Positions 57,653 through 64,000 of a DNA stretch of 64,000 bases are shown here, piece by piece. A model generated the notes under the pieces. It worked only from the letters and a program-made list of their open reading frames with translations, was not told where the DNA came from and did not search any database. Within the stretch, counting starts at the first letter, position 1; each line of letters begins with the position of its first letter. The translations under genes were made by a program, and so were the position numbers. This DNA comes from an uncultured Chloroflexia bacterium (GTDB taxonomy: Bacteria > Chloroflexota > Ktedonobacteria > Ktedonobacterales > JADMIN01). Location: contig CAWEJL010000005.1 in assembly GCA_963809385.1 (NCBI GenBank), forward strand, positions 586,232 to 650,231, in the 5' to 3' direction.

Positions 57653-59083
57653 CAGGAGGACCTCGCTGGCTTCGTCTGCGCGCGTGGCAGCAGGTCGCGC
57701 ACATCTGGTTGATCGGCGAGCGCCCAGCTGCGCGCGATCAGCGCCTCGATCTCCTCAGGCGACGCGCCATCCGCATAGGCCGCGAGCAGGCGCGCCTTTT
57801 CGGTGAGCTCGTCGCGTGTCAGCGGATTGCCTGGATCACCCTTCGGCTCGTCCACCCGCGAGACCAGGCGCCGCCCATCGGTAGTCTCCACCTCGACCAG
57901 TCCAATCCACTGTCGGGGGTAAGCCGCCTCGATCTCTGGATCGTACACCATCTCGACCCGCTCTTTGAACGCGGATGTCGCCGGGTCGCTCAGGCGCTCG
58001 GGCGTAAAGTCGGTGATGCCAGCGTGACCGTCGAGCGCGGCCAGCGCCAGCACAAACCCCATCGAGAACTTCGCCTGGTGGACGGTGCGCGCGGCGGCGG
58101 CGGGCGCGAGCACGTCTATGGCGGCCTGGTAGACATGCGCCCGCACATGCGCGATCTCCTGCGCCGTCAGGTGATGCTCGCGCATGAGCCGCAGTAGCGC
58201 ATCGGCGGAGGGGTGGGTATGGCGACAGGAGGCGTGATACTTGAAGGAAGTTTCGAGCAGCGCCCAGCGCTCGCCCAAGCCATCTGTCAGGCGTCGTGGG
58301 TCGGCGTCGGACGACATGCCAGCCGCCATCCCCTGTTCACCTTCGAGGATGCGCGTCGCCCCGGTGAAGCCATCGCGCGCCAGATATGCCGAGAACAGCC
58401 CATCCGCCGCCGCTTTGCCCGCGTGCAGCTGCTTCGAGTCGGCGGCGTCGCGCAGGAACTCCCAGAGTCCAGCGGCCTGTGTGCCAGCCGAGCCGAGCGC
58501 GTGCAACATCGTCATGGCGTCCGCGTCGAGCAGATGCGCGGCGGCCACGGCGGCGGCCAGTGTCCCCGCCGTGCCTGTCGTATGGAAGACGCGATAATGC
58601 GAGCGACCCAGGAAGGCTCCTACACGCGCGCCCGCCTCGTAGCCAGCGACCGCCGCTGTGATGAGGTCGCGGCCCGAGGCGCCGATGTCTTGCGCGGTGG
58701 CGAGCGCAGCCGGCCAGACCACCGTGCCGGGATGGAAGACCGCCTCATTGTGCACGTCGTCCTGCTCGACCACATGGGATGCGGCGCCATTGACGAGCGC
58801 GGCGAAGAGTGGGCGATGTGCGACGGCGTGAGCCCAGGAGCTCACACGGGCCATCCGCTGGACCCATGCGAGCGGCCATCTGGTCGAGGATGGTGATCGG
58901 GCGCGCGGCCCGGCCCGCTAGCGCGGACGCCAGCCAATCGAGGAAAAGCTCTTCGGCGCGGTGGACGACCGCCTCGGGGAGCGCTTCGTAGCGCAACCCC
59001 GCGAGGAACGTCGCCAGGGCGCGGCTTGTTCCCGCGCTGTCGCTGGAGCGCATATCGGGTTCGGACTGGGCGCTCGCGCTCAT
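57652..59083 (-). pseudogene. MmgE/PrpD family protein, one frame break near 58855
   Basis: ...ATFLAGLRYEALPEAVVHRAEELFLDWLASAL...ARMG | ...RPLFAALVNGAASHVVEQDDVH...HTTGTAGTLAAA.... The stop shares one base with the CoA-transferase ATG. Confidence 0.8.
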
Positions 59084-59626
59084 TGTGATTCGCCTTTCTC
59101 CGCTCCTGGCGGTGGCGCCTCCCGCTCCGGCGCGATCGTGGGCCGTGGAATCTGTGGGGCCTGCCCGCGCTTATACACCATGACCGTGCGCTTGAAGCTG
59201 ATCACGACCTCGCCGCGCTGGTTGTAGCCAATCGTGCGTACGGTGACGATGCCAATGGTAGGGCGTGAGCGCGATTCGCGCGTCTCGAGCACCTCAGACT
59301 GCGAGTAGATGGTGTCACCCTCAAACACAGGGGCGGGTAGGCGGACCTCATCCCAGCCCAAGATTGGCGAACACGTTCTGCGAGACGTCCGTGACGCTTT
59401 GCCCGGTCACCAGCGCCAGCGTGAAGGTGGAATCCACGAGCGGCTTGCCGAACTCAGTCTGCGCGGCGTAATGATGATCGAAGTGGACCGGAGCCGTGTT
59501 CTGGGTGAGCAAGGTGAACCAGATGTTGTCCGTCGTGGTGATGGTTCTACCGAGTGGATGCTGGTAGATGTCCCCTACCGTGAAATCCTCAAAAAATCGG
59601 CCTTGCCAGCCTGTTTGTGTTGGCAT
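59080..59626 (-). pseudogene. MaoC-family (R)-specific enoyl-CoA hydratase/dehydratase, one frame break near 59354
   Basis: ...FTVGDIYQHPLGRTITTTDNIWFTLLTQNTAPVHFD...NVFANLG | WDEVRLPAPVFEGDTIYSQSEVLETRES. The break is one extra base in the run ccc at 59353-59355. Confidence 0.8.
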
Positions 59627-59717
59627 GCGTCGCTGCCTGCCTTTCCGCGTCGCTCTCGCATAGCCCGCCGTTTCCGCTCACCCAGCGCCTCGCCCGCGCC
59701 GCGAGAACCGCATGCGT

Positions 59718-60878
59718 CTAATATGACCGCGGCAATCCGAGCACATGCTCGGCGACGTAGCTCAATACTAGGTTGTTGGTGATTGGCGCGGTGCGATAGA
59801 GCCGGGTCTCGCGCCACTTACGCTCGACGTGGTACTCACTCGCCAGTCCGTATCCGCCAAGTGTCGCCATCGCCACGTCGCCAGCCTCCCATGACGCTTC
59901 CGAAGCCAGATATTTCGCCATGTTGGCCTCCGGCCCGCACGGTTGTCTGGCGTCGAACGCCGCCGCGGCCTTCAGGCGCATCAGGTCGGCGGCCTCGACC
60001 GCCATATGCGCCTTGGCGATCGGGAACTGGACTCCCTGATTCTTCCCAATTGGCCGGTCAAACACGGTACGCTGGCTCGCGTAGGCTGTGGCTTGCTCGA
60101 TGAACCAGCGACCATCGCCGATGCATTCGCTGGCGATGAGGATGCGCTCCGCGTTGAGGCCATCCAGCAGATACGAGAAGCCACGCCCCTCCTCGCCGAT
60201 GAGGGCGTCCTCGGGAACTTCGAGGTCAGTGATGAAAAGCTGATTGGTTTCGTGATTGATCAACGTCTCGATCGGTTTGGCCTGGATGCAGTCGCCCGCC
60301 GCGCGCGTGTCCACCAGAAAGAGGCTCATGCCGTCGGTCTTCTTTTGGGCTTGTTCAAGCGGCGTGGTGCGCGCGAGCAGCACCATCAGATCGGAGTGCT
60401 GATAGCGTGAGGTGAAGACCTTCTGGCCGTTGATGACGTAGCCGTGATCAGTTTTGCGCGCGAAGGTCTTGATGCGCGTCGTATCTGATCCGGCGTCCGG
60501 CTCCGTGACCCCAAACGCTTGCAGGCGCAGCGCCCCACTGGCGATCTCTGGGAGGTATCGCCGCTTCTGCGTTTCGCTGCCGTGGCGCAGCAGGGAGCCC
60601 ATCGTATACATCTGCGCATGGCAGGCGGCGCTAGAGCCGCCGGAATGGTTGATCTCTTCGAGCACAATGGAGGCTTCTGTGATGCCCATTCCCCCGCCGC
60701 CGTACTCCTCAGGGATCAGGATACCGAGCCACCCGGCGTCACTCATCGCCCGCACGAACTCTTCGGGATAGGCGCGCCGCGTATCACACACGCGCCAGTA
60801 GTCGAGGCCGAAGCGGTCGCAGAGCGCGCGCACTGAGGCGCGGACCTCCCGCTGCTCCTCAGATATGGTGAAGTCCAT
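59718..60878 (-). CDS. acyl-CoA dehydrogenase
   Basis: 386 aa with typical ACAD layout (...GVTEPDAGSD..., ...YRTAPITNNL...). Confidence 0.9.
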   Translation of the reverse strand: MDFTISEEQREVRASVRALCDRFGLDYWRVCDTRRAYPEEFVRAMSDAGWLGILIPEEYGGGGMGITEASIVLEEINHSGGSSAACHAQMYTMGSLLRHGSETQKRRYLPEIASGALRLQAFGVTEPDAGSDTTRIKTFARKTDHGYVINGQKVFTSRYQHSDLMVLLARTTPLEQAQKKTDGMSLFLVDTRAAGDCIQAKPIETLINHETNQLFITDLEVPEDALIGEEGRGFSYLLDGLNAERILIASECIGDGRWFIEQATAYASQRTVFDRPIGKNQGVQFPIAKAHMAVEAADLMRLKAAAAFDARQPCGPEANMAKYLASEASWEAGDVAMATLGGYGLASEYHVERKWRETRLYRTAPITNNLVLSYVAEHVLGLPRSY

Positions 60879-60970
60879 GTTTCATCACCCCATGCTGGCG
60901 CAAAACAACGCGCTGCTCACGGCTGTGTTCGCGAGAGCGACGCTCGCGCTTCGCGGCAGGCGCCAGCCCG

Positions 60971-61390
60971 CTAGCTCACTCCAGAGCCTCCCTCGAACAC
61001 CGCAACGGTAGGCTCGATTCCCTCAGCGCCGACAATCTCCCGCCAGGCCTCAAAACCAGCCTGGAACGCGACGATCCCCGCTTCAGGAAGCGTGATCTCG
61101 ATCGCTTCCAGAATCTCTTGTGGCGTGAGGCCCAGATCGAGCGCCGCGCGAATGTGGCTCTGGATGTGTCCTTTGCCCGCGCGCATCACCGTTAGGGTGG
61201 CGATAAAGAGCAGTTCTTTCGTCCGCCTGTCGAGCGTGCGCTGGCGCAGATAGACGCTCTCGACCAGCGCATTGGTCGTGGTGAGCGTCTCGAAATCAGC
61301 CTTGGCCATCACCTTGTGATAGTCGAGCACGTAGCCTCGCGCGCGCGCCATCTCGTCAATGTACGCCTGGCGCTCGTCGTCGGTCGCCAT
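60971..61390 (-). CDS. carboxymuconolactone decarboxylase (AhpD-like) family protein
   Basis: 139 aa. LDRRTKELLFIATLTVMR...HIRAALDLGLTPQEILEAI. Confidence 0.8.
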   Translation of the reverse strand: MATDDERQAYIDEMARARGYVLDYHKVMAKADFETLTTTNALVESVYLRQRTLDRRTKELLFIATLTVMRAGKGHIQSHIRAALDLGLTPQEILEAIEITLPEAGIVAFQAGFEAWREIVGAEGIEPTVAVFEGGSGVS

Positions 61391-61753
61391 AGGATTCCCT
61401 TTCCATGCGCTATCGAATGCTTGGAGTAAAAGCCGTGATGACAGTATATCCCGTTACACGCCACTTGCTATACCGCCGTCATGGCATCCTCGCCGATTGT
61501 CCTGGCTCGAGCCCGCTGCGTCCATACGTTATTTTATCTTTTCGACCCTTTGTCCACTGCATCGTTATGGGGAGCGCCTCAGTTCGCCTATGTTCGCAAA
61601 CTCGCAGAATTCCGGGTCTATAAATCTCCGTGAGCATGCGCGCATACGCCATAGTTCCCCCTTGGCGTCAGATTTGGCCACAAATGGCGTAGGTCAGAAC
61701 AAAGCGGCTTTGTGGAAGTACCACAAAGCCGCTTGAAATCCGGGTTGACGAGG

Positions 61754-61826
61754 TGGGGCTGGGCGGACTCGAACCGCCGACCTCCGGTTTAGGAAACCGC
61801 TGCTCTATCCACTGAGCTACAGCCCC
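61754..61826 (-). tRNA. tRNA-Arg (anticodon CCT), no encoded CCA
   Basis: Reverse complement is GGGGCTGTAGCTCAGTGGATAGAGCAGCGGTTTCCTAAACCGGAGGTCGGCGGTTCGAGTCCGCCCAGCCCCA. Cloverleaf with anticodon loop TTCCTAA. Confidence 0.9.
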
Positions 61827-61911
61827 GGGTTGCGAGACGCGGGCGCGCCGCGTTCACAGCCGTAGTATATGCGACGGCGGGCTTGGGGCGCAATTGTCTC
61901 CGCTTCGCTCG

Positions 61912-62163
61912 CAGGGCGGTGTCAAAGTCGTTGACCAGAAGCGAGCGGGCGCAATCATTCGCGCCTCAAGGCGGCTCCCGCCGCCACAAGACCTGCCTCC
62001 GCAGGTCCCCGTCCGCTGGGTAGGCGTCCGCGCAGGCGGACGTTGTGGGCCGCGAGGCGAGTGGAGCGAAGCCCCCATGCGGGTTCGGGGCTCCCGCATG
62101 GGGCCCTTCAGGCGCGGTTTCAACCGCCCGCGCGCCTCGCCGGGCGACTTTGACACAGCCCTG
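61912..62163. mobile_element. MITE-like non-autonomous element built from family 2 repeat modules
   Basis: 19-bp terminal inverted repeats CAGGGCGGTGTCAAAGTCG (61912-61930) and CGACTTTGACACAGCCCTG (62145-62163), one mismatch. Flanking direct repeat GCTTCGCTC (61902-61910, 62164-62172). Three internal perfect hairpins. Confidence 0.6.
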
Positions 62164-62355
62164 GCTTCGCTCTCCGCGCGCTCCAGTCGGGTCCGCGCCA
62201 GTGGCGGAACGGGCGGGCGCGGCGCTATACTTCACCCCATGCGCTGACGCTCGGCGGGAGACGGCCCCGTCGGCGAGCGCGGAGCAATGGAGAGCGCATG
62301 ACCACTGCGGACCCAGCCACCGGGCAGTGCCGACAGCCCCAGGCGCGCCGTACGG

Positions 62356-63946
62356 TTGGCGCCAGAGTACGATGTCATCGTGATTGGCGCCGGGCTGGGC
62401 GGGCTACTCGCCGCCGCGCAGTTCCTGCGGCGCGGCCAGCGGGTAGCGGTGATCGAGCGGCTGGCGCACCCCGGCGGGCGCTTCACCGCCAAGACCTTCC
62501 AGGGCGCGCAGGTCAGCACCGGCGCGGTGCACATGCTGCCCTTCGGCGCCAATGGCGAGCTGGCGGCGATGCTGCGCGCGCTCGGCGTCCCCCACGCCAT
62601 CCACGACTCCGAAGTGTTCGCCTCATTCCACGTCCGCGGGCGGCAAATCGTCACCCGCTCGGTCCTCCAGCTCGCCAGCGTGCTCGGCCCGCGCCAGTTC
62701 GCGCAGTTCGTCCGGCTGGGCTACGACATGCTGCTGCGCGAGCCGCGACCCAGACGAGCGCACGCAGACCTACCGCGACTGGCTCGACCAGCGCATCTCG
62801 CGCGACCGCTCCCCGGAGCTCTACGCCTACTTCGAGCGCGTCTGCCACTTCGCGCTCAGTGTAGACCTCGACGATGTGCTCTACCCAGAGATCGTCGAGT
62901 CCACCAAGAACATGTTCCGCTACGGCGCGCCAGGCATCGTCGAGGGCGGCTGCGCAGCGCTGACTGGCGAGCTGGAACGGCGCGTGGCGGCGGATGGCGG
63001 CGCGCTGGCGCTGGAGACCGAGACGCTCGCCATCCTGCGCGAGGGAGGCGTGGCGCGCGGGATCATCGCCCGCGACAAGCGGACTGGCGAAGAGGTCACG
63101 CTGCGGGCGAACCTGATCATCAGCGACATCGGCCCCACCGCCACCCAGAGGCTGGTCGCGGCGGGCGCCGGAGACACCACCCCAGATGCCGAGCCCGCCA
63201 CACCAGAAACCTGGGATGAGCCGCTAGCGCCATCTGGGCGGCGCGTGGCCAGCGGCCTGAAGACCCACCTGCTGGCTGACTACTCCGTCATCCCCCATCG
63301 CGGCATCATGTACTGCCTCGACACCGAGCGTATCGCCGGCATCGTCCAGCCCAGCAACAGCGACCGCCGCCTGGCCCCTCCTGGCAAGCATCTGATCATC
63401 ACCCACCAGCTCATGCGCAGCGACGACGTGAACGCCGAGCGCGAGGCGGCGCGCGCTGACCTGCGCTACCTCTTCGGCGACGACTTCGGCACGCGCGTGC
63501 GCATCCTGACGATGAGCCAGTACCGCGATGAGTGGCCCGTCAACCGCAAGCCGCAAGGCTCCGACGTGACGCCGCGCACCGGGCTGGCGGGCCTCTACCT
63601 CGTCGGCGACGCCGTAAAGCCGTCGGGCTACCTCATGGTGGAGGGCGTGGCGCAGAGCGTCAACGCGATGCTCGACACGCTCGACGGCTGGGACGCCCGC
63701 GACGCGGCGAGCGCGACACCCGCGCCCACAGCCAATCCCGCGCCCACAACGCCGCCCAAACCGTCGAAGCTGCGCGCGTTCTACTGGCTCGTCGCGCCGC
63801 CCCCACCGCACCCAGGCAGCGCGGGCAAGCAGTCACCAACCATCGCGCTCCCGGCGCACGCTGGACGTGGTGAGCAGCCCAGCGCGCCGCCACCGACGCC
63901 AACAGTGTTAGCGAGTTGCACGGTCGGGGGTAGGATGGTAAAATAG
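62356..63946 (+). pseudogene. FAD-dependent oxidoreductase, phytoene-desaturase (CrtI)-like family, one frame break near 62745
   Basis: YDVIVIGAGLGGLLAA...VIERLAHPGGR...GYDMLLRE | ...TYRDWLDQ...GAPGIVEGGCAAL...LYLVGDAVKPSGYLMVEG. Ala/Pro-rich C-terminal tail. Confidence 0.75.
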
Positions 63947-64000
63947 CCGGGATAGAGCCTACCGCAACGGTAGGCGTCGCTCGCGCGTTCGTACTCGAGG

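Noticed and set aside
63957-63975. Hairpin GCCTACCG-caa-CGGTAGGC after the oxidoreductase gene as an intrinsic terminator
   Set aside because: The 8-bp stem is perfect but no U-tract follows. The window ends 25 nt later, so the context cannot be judged.

Overview
Very GC-rich bacterial chromosomal segment (about two-thirds G+C by eye, not computed). Gene content and repeat types suggest a Chloroflexota-like organism, but that is a weak inference. The window is mostly housekeeping. It holds an rsmI-tgt-rmt RNA-modification operon; ubiD, murI and tyrS; two tRNA-Ser and one tRNA-Arg; and an enterobacterial-style thrA-thrB-thrC operon preceded by a Thr-rich leader peptide plus terminator. It also holds cell-wall genes (two tandem femAB paralogues, murE, an mraY with a long C-terminal extension), rho, a folD/cyclodeaminase pair and nth. 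The last 11 kb is a catabolic island: a Liv-type ABC transporter, an MFS transporter, a CoA transferase, and PrpD-like, MaoC, acyl-CoA dehydrogenase and CMD genes.

Accessory features:
- a tnpB-only IS200/IS605-type element just downstream of the nth stop codon
- a 252-bp MITE-like element with terminal inverted repeats and a 9-bp flanking duplication
- two families of GC-rich palindromic repeats; copies of both lie inside an O-antigen-ligase-like gene
- a DUF2089 regulator next to a DUF4097-like beta-helix repeat gene
- a J-domain/zincin fusion
- an FmrO/Rmt-type 16S rRNA m7G1405 methyltransferase

At least 13 recognisable genes have broken reading frames, including murI, mraY and folD. Where I resolved them by hand they are single-base indels in short homopolymers, so assembly error is at least as likely as real decay. 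I found no CRISPR array, reverse transcriptase, restriction-modification system or other defence system. The most original signals are the thr attenuator, the repeat/MITE families, the extended mraY and the DUF2089/DUF4097 locus. Many long ORFs in the track are antisense shadows of real genes, as expected at this GC content.
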